Source of the DNA: an uncultured Ruminococcus sp.
Lineage (GTDB): Bacteria > Bacillota > Clostridia > Oscillospirales > CAG-272
Assembly: GCA_905202255.1 (NCBI GenBank)
Contig: CAJKRH010000003.1
Coordinates: 2,466 to 66,465 of the forward strand
Reading direction: 5' to 3'
DNA length: 64,000 nucleotides
Shown here one piece after another: positions 8,791-18,056 of this stretch; position 1 is the first letter of the stretch, and each line of letters opens with the position of its first letter. The position numbers were made by a program, and so were the translations under genes. A model generated the notes under the pieces. The model was not told the DNA's origin and did not search any database. It was given only the letters and a program-made list of their open reading frames with translations.

Positions 8791-9684
8791 TCATCCTTTG
8801 ATTCCGCTTCGGCTGACGCCCTTCATGATGTATTTGCGAAGGAACACAAACACAAGGAAAAGCGGGAGCGAAACAAGCGCTACAGCCGCCATCTGCACCG
8901 GGTAGTTTACGTCACCGGTGGTATCTGTAAAGGCGTTGCGCAAGCCGTTTGTTATCAGCCGGTGTGCTTCGTCATTTGCAACGAGACGCGGCCATACATA
9001 TGAGTTCCATGCGCCCATCATCTTGAGTATCGTTATGGAGATGAGCGTCGGAAGAGAAAGCGGTATCATTACCTTCCAAAGATATTTGATATCGCTTGTG
9101 CCGTCCACCTTGGCGGCGAGATAAAGCTCGTTTGGTATCTGCAAAAAGTTCTGACGGAGCAGGTAGATGTAGAATACGCTGACGAGGAAAGGAATAATCA
9201 GAACTTTATAGGTTTTCATCCAGCCGAGTGAAGCCACCGTGCTGTAGTTGGTTATCGTAAAAAGCTCGCCCGGAATCATCATCGTGGCAAGGAGCGCGGC
9301 AAAAAGCGTATTTTTGCCTTTGAATTCCAGTCTTGCAAAAGCAAATGCCGAGAGCACCGTTATCACAAGCGAAAGCACCGTGGAAACGATACCGACATAT
9401 GCGGTATTGAGAAAGAGTCTTCCGAGACTTGCCGATTCAAAAGCCGTCTTGTAGTTTGAGAAAAGCATACTGCGCGGCCACATCGTCGGAACATTGAGGC
9501 GGTATTCATCAAGGCTCTTCACTGACGAGATGAGCATCCAGTAAAACGGGAAAAGCACGAATATCGCAACACATATAAGGAAAGCGTATATGAGAAACAT
9601 GACGAGAATCTTCATTATGCGCTGTTTTACCGAAACCTGCTGCAAATCTTTTTCATGCATGGTAGAGGTTTTTGTCTTGTCCAT
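8791..9684 (-). CDS. carbohydrate ABC transporter permease (MalG-like)
   Basis: 6-TM protein with the EAA-like loop LYLAAKVDGTSDIKYLWKVMIPLSLP. Confidence 0.85.
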   Translation of the reverse strand: MDKTKTSTMHEKDLQQVSVKQRIMKILVMFLIYAFLICVAIFVLFPFYWMLISSVKSLDEYRLNVPTMWPRSMLFSNYKTAFESASLGRLFLNTAYVGIVSTVLSLVITVLSAFAFARLEFKGKNTLFAALLATMMIPGELFTITNYSTVASLGWMKTYKVLIIPFLVSVFYIYLLRQNFLQIPNELYLAAKVDGTSDIKYLWKVMIPLSLPTLISITILKMMGAWNSYVWPRLVANDEAHRLITNGLRNAFTDTTGDVNYPVQMAAVALVSLPLFLVFVFLRKYIMKGVSRSGIKG

Positions 9685-9696
9685 ACAGCCGCCTCC

Positions 9697-10650
9697 TTAA
9701 TAATGAACTTTTTTCTTGCTGACATAGAGATTTATCAGTGTGACAACAAGAATTATGCCGAAAAGAATGAGTGCGGCGGCGCTTGCCTGACCCTGCTTGC
9801 TTCGCTCGAGAGACTCGTAAATGTATCCAACCATCGTATTGAGTCTGCCAGGGTCATGCACGGGACCGAGCTTCTCACCGAATATACCAACGATGCTCGT
9901 ATATTCCTTGAATCCGCCGATGAAGCCCGTTATTACAACATAAGCTATCATCGGAGAAAGGAGCGGCACGGTTATTCTCGAGAAAATTCTTATTCTCGAA
10001 GTGCCGTCTACTCTTGCGGCGTCATAATACTGCTTGTTTACGCTCTGGAGTCCGCCGAGGAGTATCAGAATCTTGAAAGGAAGCGCATTCCATACGATAT
10101 ATATAACCATTACAGCTATATTCGCCCCGTATGTCGAGCCGCTGTTTATCCAGCTTATCGGAGTACCACCGAAAAACTCTATAACATTATTCACTATTCC
10201 GACGCTTGTTATGAGGCTTGCCTCGGAATTTACGGAGCCTACAATATTTCCTATTACATTGAACATAGCGGCAAATACCATGCCTATCGCTATGGAGTTT
10301 GTGACATAAGGAAGGAAGAATATCGTCTGCAGAGGCTTCTGCAGGAATTTGATAGAATTAAGGCAGACGGCTATTATCAACGCCAAAAAAGTGGAAATCG
10401 GAACGGTAAGAATACAGAGAAGCGCGGTATTTTTCAGGCACTGCAGGAAGTTGCCGTATTTGACAACCTTAGCAAAATTCCCGAATCCGATTTTGAAGGT
10501 AGCGCCTCCTATGGCTGCGAGTCCGTTATAGTTCTCGAGAAAAGCCATGCGAACCGTATTTATTATAGGCCAAACCGTAAATACGAGCAAAAGGACTATC
10601 GCAGGAGAGAGATACAGCCACGCCTTCCATTGCTGTTTACTTTCAACCAT
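9697..10650 (-). CDS. carbohydrate ABC transporter permease (MalF-like)
   Basis: Polytopic protein with the EAA loop YYDAARVDGTSRIRIFSRITVPLLSP. Confidence 0.85.
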   Translation of the reverse strand: MVESKQQWKAWLYLSPAIVLLLVFTVWPIINTVRMAFLENYNGLAAIGGATFKIGFGNFAKVVKYGNFLQCLKNTALLCILTVPISTFLALIIAVCLNSIKFLQKPLQTIFFLPYVTNSIAIGMVFAAMFNVIGNIVGSVNSEASLITSVGIVNNVIEFFGGTPISWINSGSTYGANIAVMVIYIVWNALPFKILILLGGLQSVNKQYYDAARVDGTSRIRIFSRITVPLLSPMIAYVVITGFIGGFKEYTSIVGIFGEKLGPVHDPGRLNTMVGYIYESLERSKQGQASAAALILFGIILVVTLINLYVSKKKVHY

Positions 10651-10652
10651 AA

Positions 10653-11756
10653 TTATTTTACCTCAAAATAAATTCTTTCTTCGGTTTCTTTATCAAAAAT
10701 AAATGTTTTGTTCAGCTTCAGATTGTAGCGAACCATTTCGGCTGTAGCATCTATCTTATAGTCCGAATTTATTATGGAGCGGATTACGGGATTGCACGAG
10801 AATGTGTTTGTGGAAACGATGCTGACATCGCGTCCCATTACCTCAACGCTCGAAAGCTTGCAGCAGAGTGCGCCCTTTTCGTCGGGAATAAAACCCTCGG
10901 GACGGATAGCGACATAAACTTCCCTGTCATCAAGCCCGGGTACGGAAAGAACGGCATCCTCACCTATGTAAAGCTTGCCTGCGGAGATTCTGCCTTCGAG
11001 AACATTTATCGGAGGAGTTCCGAGAAACTTCGCAACAAAGAGGTTCACGGGATTGTCATATACCTCCTGCGGAGCGCCTACCTGCTGGATAACGCCGAGC
11101 TTCATGACGACTATCATATCGGAGATGCTCATCGCTTCCTCCTGGTCGTGCGTTACGAATACCGTCGTAATCTTCGTTTCGCGCTGGATGCGGCGGATTT
11201 CCTCTCTCGTCTGGAGACGCAGACGCGCGTCAAGGTTAGAGAGCGGCTCGTCAAGCAGGAGCACTCTCGGCATCTTTACGAGTGCGCGGGCAATGGCAAC
11301 TCTCTGCTGCTGACCGCCCGAAAGTTCACTCGGCTTTCTGTCCATGAGATTGTCTATCTGGACAAGTTTAGCCGCCTCGTATGCGCGTTCAAGCATGGTT
11401 TCCTTGTCAAGCTTGTCAGCACCCTTGAGGTTCTGCAGCGGGAAAAGAATATTCTGCTTTACAGTCATATGCGGATAGAGCGCATAGTTCTGGAAAACGA
11501 GACCGACGCCTCTGTTTTCGGGAGAAAGGTCGGTGACATCGTCCTCACCGAAGAAGATTTTGCCGCTTGTCGGCTTCTGAAGTCCGCATATCATATAGAG
11601 TGTTGTGCTCTTTCCGCAGCCGGAGGGTCCGAGAAGACCGACAAGTTTGCCGTCCGGTATGGTGAAGTTGAAATCGCTCACCGCAACGACCTTGTCACCC
11701 GACTTCTTGTTTCGGCTCGGGAAGATTTTTGTCAGATTCTGAAGTTCTACTTTCAT
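10653..11756 (-). CDS. sugar ABC transporter ATP-binding protein (MalK/MsmK/UgpC-like)
   Basis: Walker A GPSGCGKST, signature LSGGQQQRVAIARA, Walker B LLLDEPLSNLD. Start moved to ATG 11756 (MKVELQNL), which is preceded by AAGGAAAGGA. Confidence 0.9.
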   Translation of the reverse strand: MKVELQNLTKIFPSRNKKSGDKVVAVSDFNFTIPDGKLVGLLGPSGCGKSTTLYMICGLQKPTSGKIFFGEDDVTDLSPENRGVGLVFQNYALYPHMTVKQNILFPLQNLKGADKLDKETMLERAYEAAKLVQIDNLMDRKPSELSGGQQQRVAIARALVKMPRVLLLDEPLSNLDARLRLQTREEIRRIQRETKITTVFVTHDQEEAMSISDMIVVMKLGVIQQVGAPQEVYDNPVNLFVAKFLGTPPINVLEGRISAGKLYIGEDAVLSVPGLDDREVYVAIRPEGFIPDEKGALCCKLSSVEVMGRDVSIVSTNTFSCNPVIRSIINSDYKIDATAEMVRYNLKLNKTFIFDKETEERIYFEVK

Positions 11757-11980
11757 ATAAAATCCTTTCCTTAGGTTTAATATACTCATTTAATCGTCTG
11801 CATATTTTTTCACATTTCATTAACAGCGGGAACAAAATCCGGCTTTTGACATGACGAAACGACGCACAGAGTGCGCCTTTCGTGATTTATTTACAGTAGA
11901 TTACCAGCCTGCTCCATTTTGCCCTGCTCCCATGTCATATGCTTATTTGTATTGCTTTTGTCGGTAAAACGGTGCGCCGC

Positions 11981-12733
11981 TCAGTATGGCGATTTTCCCA
12001 CTGATTCGGCATGAATTTTCTTTTCGTATTCTATGAGTTCGCTCTCGGAATCAAAGATTCTCTGGCTCGCCATATCTATTACAACCGTATCGGAAATCAA
12101 ATCGTGAATAAGCGAATTATTGCTCGTAGCAGCCAGCAAAATCAGCTGGAGAAGCAGGATAAGCCCGAGGACCACAGGTCCGATAATGCCTATGCTGCCG
12201 AAATATATCATTATTATAATAAGCACGGGAATCATCGTTTCTATCGTGTATTTCCCGAGCACGGCGCGGATAAAGAGCGCCACGGTTTTTATTTTTATGC
12301 CGCCTGTCATCATTACGCCGATGCCGAAAACTTTTTTGCCGACGGTCTGTCCGTTTTTGAGAATCAAAGGGATGACGAATTCGCCTATCATCACTCCCGA
12401 AAATATACCGAGCGATGTTATCACGAGGGTCAGGTTTATGACACGGCTGTACGCCTTTATCGCTTCTTCATCCTGCGATATGGCTTTGTCCGCCTCTTCG
12501 TATCGCTTTATTTCCTCTTCCGTGAGCGAATCAATGCTTTTTGTCCTGTCTATGCCGTATTTTTCTTCGTATTCGGCATAGATTTCGCTGAGCCTGTCGT
12601 TTGCCTTGTCATAGCCTGTGATAAGCGAAATGAGAGCAGCCATTCCGACGGCTATGGTGGCTATAAGAATAAAATCAAGGAGAGCGGCGGCAAATCTTTT
12701 CCATATACTTGCTTTCTGTATATCGTTTATCAT
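11981..12733 (-). CDS. RDD-family membrane protein
   Basis: WKRFAAALLDFILI..., ...GQTVGKKVFGIGVM... and ...LIHDLISDTVVI match the RDD-family pattern. Start set at ATG 12733 (MINDIQ), preceded by AAGGAGA. Confidence 0.7.
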   Translation of the reverse strand: MINDIQKASIWKRFAAALLDFILIATIAVGMAALISLITGYDKANDRLSEIYAEYEEKYGIDRTKSIDSLTEEEIKRYEEADKAISQDEEAIKAYSRVINLTLVITSLGIFSGVMIGEFVIPLILKNGQTVGKKVFGIGVMMTGGIKIKTVALFIRAVLGKYTIETMIPVLIIIMIYFGSIGIIGPVVLGLILLLQLILLAATSNNSLIHDLISDTVVIDMASQRIFDSESELIEYEKKIHAESVGKSPY

Positions 12734-12883
12734 GCCGCCGCTTCTCCTTTTTAACAAACTGTCTACTTATATAAATAATAACACTTATTCTAATTTTAGT
12801 CAACATATTTGAGCTATCTTTGTCAATTTTGGCAAAATAGCCAAATTTTCGAGCTGTAAATACTGCACCTGATACAACAAGCA

Positions 12884-13588
12884 TTACAGAAATTCCGTTA
12901 TATCGGCAAGCTCTGAAACCACAAAATCGGCAATTTCCGGAGATACGGAACACCTGTTTTTATTATAGTAACATGTTTTCATTCCGTATTCCTTGCCGCC
13001 GGCTATGTCGGATGAGAGAGAATCTCCTATAATAATAGTTTCGTGCGGCAATATCAATTTTCCGCTTCTTCCGTTCTTTCCGTTCAGATGCGAAAACGCA
13101 TAATCAAAAAATCCGTGCGACGGTTTCGATACACCCACCTGCTCGGAAATAAATATATAATCAAAATATTTTGCCATGTCTGCAAGTTCCAGCCGATGCA
13201 TTTGCTGAAGAAAAGGACCGTTGCTTGCGGCGCAGACGATATATTTTTCCGAGAGATATTTCAAAAGCTCATATGCGCCGTTTTCCGGTATCGCGCTTTC
13301 GTTCAGTGCTTTGCGGAAGTAATCTTCAAATACCGTTCCGTCAAAATCTATTCCGAGAGCTTCGAAAATTTTGTTCCATCTGACATTTTCAAGCTCGGCG
13401 AAAGTAAGTTCTCCTCTTTCTATCTCTTTCCAAAGCGCGTTGTTTTTTCTCGTGAAAACATCATACATATACGGCTCATAACGCTTCAATGAAAAAATCT
13501 CAAATCCGCTTTTCATAGTTTGTCTGACATACCCGTCAAAATCAAGAAGCGTATTGTCAATGTCGATAAATACAGCTTTTATTTCCAT
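12884..13588 (-). CDS. HAD-superfamily hydrolase (subfamily IA, YjjG-like)
   Basis: Motif I FIDIDNTLLDF, motif II CAASNG, and C-terminal IIIGDSLSSDIAGG. Confidence 0.8.
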   Translation of the reverse strand: MEIKAVFIDIDNTLLDFDGYVRQTMKSGFEIFSLKRYEPYMYDVFTRKNNALWKEIERGELTFAELENVRWNKIFEALGIDFDGTVFEDYFRKALNESAIPENGAYELLKYLSEKYIVCAASNGPFLQQMHRLELADMAKYFDYIFISEQVGVSKPSHGFFDYAFSHLNGKNGRSGKLILPHETIIIGDSLSSDIAGGKEYGMKTCYYNKNRCSVSPEIADFVVSELADITEFL

Positions 13589-13719
13589 GCTATTTTCCTT
13601 TTAATCCGTAATTTTCAGTCTCTTTTTAAATTATACACCGACTTTTTCATTATGTCAATACGGCTGATACGGCTGACACCGTAACAGAAAAAATTCCTTG
13701 CGAAATTTCTGTTTTGATG

Positions 13720-13748
13720 TTGACAAATGCGCTCAGACATGGTATCCT
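13720..13748 (+). promoter_or_regulatory. candidate promoter of the ABC/DUF1854-like/c-di-AMP-receptor-like operon
   Basis: TTGACA (13720-13725), a 17-nt spacer, and TGgTATCCT as an extended -10 (13740-13748). It lies inside the 5' extension of ORF 13698, which argues for the ATG at 13797. Confidence 0.4.
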
Positions 13749-13796
13749 ACAGAAAATTTATTAAAAACGGGAACGGAAAACGAGAGGAAAAGGATT

Positions 13797-16067
13797 ATGG
13801 ATTTTGCTTTACCGTTGGAAAATAAAAAAATATCTGACAGCTCATTGGAAACAAAAATACGCGAAATGCTCGATGAAAACGAACGCGAGCTTTTCAGGAT
13901 AGTGACAGACCTGCTTCCCTGCGGAAATTACGGTCAGTCGCTTGCAGAGTTTACCGACCGCAGGATAATAACCGCCCATCGCGAGGACGGCGGCGATATC
14001 GTCTGCGATACTGTACCGTACAGTGATGTGGACAGCCTCACGATAAAGCGCATGTACGGAAACGCTTTTCTGCTCGCCGTCAAGAAAAGCGGCGAAAAAA
14101 CACAGATAGCGCGCGCCACATATGCGGTGACGGCTCTTTTCAATTCCGCTGTGCTTTTCATGGACAAGATAAACTCGGAAATGCCGACTGATGAAGCCAT
14201 GGAAAGCGTAATTTCCGCATACAGGAGCTTCTGCACCGTTTGCCCGAAATGCGGCAGAAATCTCGTCCGCCCCGGAGCCGACTGTCTCAACTGCGCCTCC
14301 AAGGGCAAGCTTGTATCGAAGCTTGTGAAATATGTCAGACCCGAGTTTAAAATCATCTGCATATCGGTCATCATGTCCGTGGTAATAACGGCGCTGAGCC
14401 TTGTGCCGCCGTATATCACGAAGATGCTCGTCGACGATGTCATCCCGAGTAAAAACAGGCAGGCGCTCTATATAATTGTCGCGTTTCTGCTCGGAACATA
14501 CATAATTCAGTATCTGCTCGGCGCCATCCGCGGAACACTTCTCCGTCGTGCAGGCGACAGTATCGTTGCCGACCTGCGAAACGATGTTTTTGAAAAGGCA
14601 CAACACCTTCCGATGAAGTTTTACGACAAAACCTCCACAGGCTCCGTCATAAACAGAATCAGTAACGATACAAGCAATCTTCAGGCGTTCATCCTGCGTA
14701 TCACCCAGGATGTCATAACACAGCTTTTCCTGCTCGTCGGCATAGTCATAATAATGATAACAATGAACTGGAAGCTTTCGCTTCTCTCGCTTATTCCGGT
14801 TCCGTTTGTTGTATATGCCTCCCGCAAATTCGGACGGAAAATCCGCCCGTTCTACAGACGAATCTGGAGAAAATGGACGGCGGTTTCCTCTGTGCTCACC
14901 GACTCTATCCCGTGCATACGCGTAGTAAAAGCATTTTCGGGTGAAAAACGCGCCTCAAAGCGCCTCGAAAAGCAGAATAACGAATGGTTCAGGGTGAGTG
15001 TGCGCGCAGGTAAAATGTCCAGCATATTCTCGTCGCTCATTTCATTTGTCGTTGTCTGCGGCTCGCTCATAATATGGGATGTAGGCGGCTTGCAGGTTAT
15101 AAACGGAAGTCCCGATATCTCCCTCGGTCTGCTCGTGTCGTTCATTTCATATACTTCTATGTTCTACGGACCCGTAAACTTTTTTGCGGGACTAAACGAC
15201 TCGTATCAGAGCGCACTTACCTCTGCGGAGCGTGTAATGGATATTCTCGATGCCGAGCCAGAGCATGACGACGGAAAAGGCAATATGCCCGACCATATAA
15301 GCGGCAAGGTGGAATTCCGCCATGTAAGCTTCTCTTTCGATAAGACGAAGAATGTTCTCTCCGATATAAACCTCACGATAGAACCCGGCGAAGCCGTCGG
15401 CATCGTCGGAACGACAGGCTCGGGCAAAACAACGCTGATAAACCTCTTCATGCGCTTCTATGACAACTACGACGGTCAGATTCTGCTCGACGGCAGAGAT
15501 ATCAAGACAATAGACATGAGCTATTTCAGAACAAAGATAGGCTATGTTCAGCAGGAAGCGATGATGTTCTCCGATACTATTTTCAATAATATCGCATATG
15601 CCAAGCCAAATGCCACGATAGAAGAAGTGCTGATGGCAGCCGATATAGCAAATGCGCATGAATTTATCCTGCGCCATCCCGATGCATACGATACCATCCT
15701 CGGTGAGCGCGGTGTCGGTCTCTCGGGCGGCGAACGCCAACGAATATCCATTGCCCGCGCGATACTCAACAATCCGAGCGTGCTTATCTTCGATGAGGCG
15801 ACAAGTGCCGTCGACTCCGAAACGGAAAAGCTCATTCAGGATGCGATAAACAACCTCGTAAAGGGCAGAACTACACTCATGATAGCGCACCGGCTCTCCA
15901 CACTGAAGCAGGCGGACAAGATAGTCGTCATCGACAAGGGCAGAATCGCGGAATTCGGCACACCGGATGAGCTGATGGCAAAGCAGGGCAAGTATTACAG
16001 GCTTGTGAAAATCCAGTCTATGGCGGATCAGGTAAAGCTCGATAAAGAAAAAGAGCATCTCGAATAA
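13797..16067 (+). CDS. ABC exporter (fused TMD-NBD) with ~190-aa N-terminal extension containing a zinc-ribbon
   Basis: Start ATG 13797 after GAGGAAAAGG. The N-terminal region carries CPKCG...CLNC, followed by 6 TM segments. NBD motifs are GTTGSGKTT, LSGGERQRISIARA and LIFDEATSAVD. Confidence 0.88.
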   Translation: MDFALPLENKKISDSSLETKIREMLDENERELFRIVTDLLPCGNYGQSLAEFTDRRIITAHREDGGDIVCDTVPYSDVDSLTIKRMYGNAFLLAVKKSGEKTQIARATYAVTALFNSAVLFMDKINSEMPTDEAMESVISAYRSFCTVCPKCGRNLVRPGADCLNCASKGKLVSKLVKYVRPEFKIICISVIMSVVITALSLVPPYITKMLVDDVIPSKNRQALYIIVAFLLGTYIIQYLLGAIRGTLLRRAGDSIVADLRNDVFEKAQHLPMKFYDKTSTGSVINRISNDTSNLQAFILRITQDVITQLFLLVGIVIIMITMNWKLSLLSLIPVPFVVYASRKFGRKIRPFYRRIWRKWTAVSSVLTDSIPCIRVVKAFSGEKRASKRLEKQNNEWFRVSVRAGKMSSIFSSLISFVVVCGSLIIWDVGGLQVINGSPDISLGLLVSFISYTSMFYGPVNFFAGLNDSYQSALTSAERVMDILDAEPEHDDGKGNMPDHISGKVEFRHVSFSFDKTKNVLSDINLTIEPGEAVGIVGTTGSGKTTLINLFMRFYDNYDGQILLDGRDIKTIDMSYFRTKIGYVQQEAMMFSDTIFNNIAYAKPNATIEEVLMAADIANAHEFILRHPDAYDTILGERGVGLSGGERQRISIARAILNNPSVLIFDEATSAVDSETEKLIQDAINNLVKGRTTLMIAHRLSTLKQADKIVVIDKGRIAEFGTPDELMAKQGKYYRLVKIQSMADQVKLDKEKEHLE

Positions 16068-16081
16068 GGAGGTCGGCGGAA

Positions 16082-16570
16082 ATGATAGGATTTTTTATAA
16101 ACGGCGATGAAGCCCGCATTACAAAAACGGGAAATGTCTCCGTACGTCTTGAAACATATGACGGCAGATGCTTTGAAAATCTCGAGCCTCTGCGGCTTTT
16201 CCCTGTTTCGGGGATATCGAAATACATCTCTCTTATCGATGAAAACGGCAAAGAGGTAGCTATAATACGCGATATAAACCACCTTATGCCGGAATCAAAA
16301 AAGGCAATACAGGAATGTCTTGAATCATATTACATCGTACCGAAAATAAAGAAGATTATTTCCCGTGTGGAAAAATACGGAAACATCACTTGGACCGTGG
16401 CAACGGATCGCGGCGAACACAGCTTCGCGATACTGAATACGAGCATCGATATAAAAACACTCTATGACGGGCGTATACTTATTCGCGATTCAAACGACAA
16501 TCGCTACGAAATAGAGGATGTAAATGCACTCGATAAAGACAGTCTCAATCTTTTGAAATTTGATATGTAG
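16082..16570 (+). CDS. DUF1854-like protein (family usually found next to ABC exporter genes)
   Basis: 162 aa, beginning 14 nt after the ABC gene. The family call rests on remembered similarity and genomic context, not a search. Confidence 0.55.
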   Translation: MIGFFINGDEARITKTGNVSVRLETYDGRCFENLEPLRLFPVSGISKYISLIDENGKEVAIIRDINHLMPESKKAIQECLESYYIVPKIKKIISRVEKYGNITWTVATDRGEHSFAILNTSIDIKTLYDGRILIRDSNDNRYEIEDVNALDKDSLNLLKFDM

Positions 16571-16580
16571 GAGGAAAAAT

Positions 16581-16907
16581 ATGAAACTTGTAATCGCGGT
16601 AATTAACAACGACGACAGCAGAACAGCAATAACTGCACTGACGGGACGCGACTTCTTCGTAACTCAGCTTTCCACCACGGGAGGCTTTCTCATGGTGGGA
16701 AACACCACTCTGCTCATAGGCACGGACGAACAGCGTTTGCCCGAGCTTAAGGAGATACTGAAAAAATACTGCACAACGCGCGAAAAGATTTCTCCGTCGG
16801 TAGAAGCTTTCGGCAGAGGTATGCTCAATCATTCCGTAGAAGAAAAGGTAACTATCGGCGGTGCCGTAATGTTTACTCTTTCCGTAGACGATTTTGAGAA
16901 GATATAA
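16581..16907 (+). CDS. cyclic-di-AMP receptor protein (PII-like, DarA/PstA/YaaQ family)
   Basis: MKLVIAVINNDDSRTAITALTGRDFFVTQLSTTGGFLMVGNTTLLIGTDE...GGAVMFTLSVDDFEKI aligns along its length with my memory of B. subtilis YaaQ. Start set at ATG 16581 after TAGGAGGAAAAAT. Confidence 0.75.
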   Translation: MKLVIAVINNDDSRTAITALTGRDFFVTQLSTTGGFLMVGNTTLLIGTDEQRLPELKEILKKYCTTREKISPSVEAFGRGMLNHSVEEKVTIGGAVMFTLSVDDFEKI

Positions 16908-16918
16908 GAGTGCGGAAA

Positions 16919-17992
16919 ATGGAAAATTTCAATATTGACAAGTTCCCGAGAAGCATAGATGCCGGACTGTGGAAAACAGGACACCTTCAGGGCATCGCCG
17001 TTGATACGGCACACGAATATATTTACTATGCCTTTACAACAGTACTCGTAAAGGCAAGACTCAATGGGGAAACAGTCGGCTGGGTAGGCGGACTTGCGGG
17101 TCATCTCGGGTGTATCGATTTCAATGATGAGGACGGGCGGGTTTATGCTTCGCTTGAGCTCAAGCATGATGCAATAGGTCAGGGCATCATGCAGAATACC
17201 GGAAGTAAAATAGCCGACGAAGATGCATTCTATATTGCCATATTTGATGTAGATAAGATTACACGCCCGAATATGGATGCCGAAACCGACGGTATAATGA
17301 AGACCGTCTATCTTTCCGAGGTCGCGAGAATGTACAGTGCTGTCATGCCGGACGGAACCAAGCATGAATTTGCCTGCAGCGGCATTGACGGTACCGGCAT
17401 CGGTCCGGTATTCGGAGCTCCGAAAAACAGTCCCTCCATGCTCATGGTAGCCTGCGGTATTTACGGCGATATATGCCGAGATGATAATGACTGCAATATA
17501 ATCATGCAGTATGACTGGCGCAAATTCGGCGAAAAGGCAAAACCGCTCTGTCAGCTTGCACCGCACCACAGCGAGGTGAAACCGGACAAGGTCTATTTCA
17601 TTTTCACCGGCAATACGGAGTGGGGTATACAAAATCTCGAATATGACGCTTTCACCGGAGACTGGATAGCTGCTGTATATCGCGGCAAAAAGGAAAAATA
17701 TCCAAACTATCCGATGTTCATAATAGACGGTGCGGCAGCTCCGTATGAAGATTATATCGCCTACGGAAGAAAGGGACTTCACCTCTCACTGAAAAAAGAG
17801 GGCGTCTTTGATGAAGCAACAGGCATATACGGCTGTCTCTTCCGAAAAGGTCAGACGGGTATTTATGCCTTCGGAAACGGGCTCTACTATATATCAAACG
17901 AATATCGTACCGAATCAAAGGAAGACGGCAGTATCATTAAGCTATACCGTCACGCCGACGACCCCTCCGATGGTTTTACCGAAATAGTATAA
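16919..17992 (+). CDS. hypothetical protein (357 aa), last gene of the operon
   Basis: Long ORF with codon usage like its neighbours. I recognise no motifs. The start could be GTG 16910 or ATG 16919. Confidence 0.6.
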   Translation: MENFNIDKFPRSIDAGLWKTGHLQGIAVDTAHEYIYYAFTTVLVKARLNGETVGWVGGLAGHLGCIDFNDEDGRVYASLELKHDAIGQGIMQNTGSKIADEDAFYIAIFDVDKITRPNMDAETDGIMKTVYLSEVARMYSAVMPDGTKHEFACSGIDGTGIGPVFGAPKNSPSMLMVACGIYGDICRDDNDCNIIMQYDWRKFGEKAKPLCQLAPHHSEVKPDKVYFIFTGNTEWGIQNLEYDAFTGDWIAAVYRGKKEKYPNYPMFIIDGAAAPYEDYIAYGRKGLHLSLKKEGVFDEATGIYGCLFRKGQTGIYAFGNGLYYISNEYRTESKEDGSIIKLYRHADDPSDGFTEIV

Positions 17993-18011
17993 GGTTCACC
18001 GCCATGTATGC

Positions 18012-18044
18012 AAAAAAGCTCTGCTTTCGGGCAGAGCTTTTTTT
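18012..18044. terminator. bidirectional intrinsic terminator
   Basis: A-run, GCTCTGC-TTTCGG-GCAGAGC, then T-run, lying between convergent genes. Confidence 0.75.
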
Positions 18045-18056
18045 ATGGAAAAATGT

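Noticed and set aside
13698-13796. N-terminal extension of the ABC exporter ORF (track start 13698).
   Set aside because: It uses a non-ATG start, has no RBS, and would contain the candidate promoter (13720-13748). ATG 13797 has a GAGGAAAAGG RBS.
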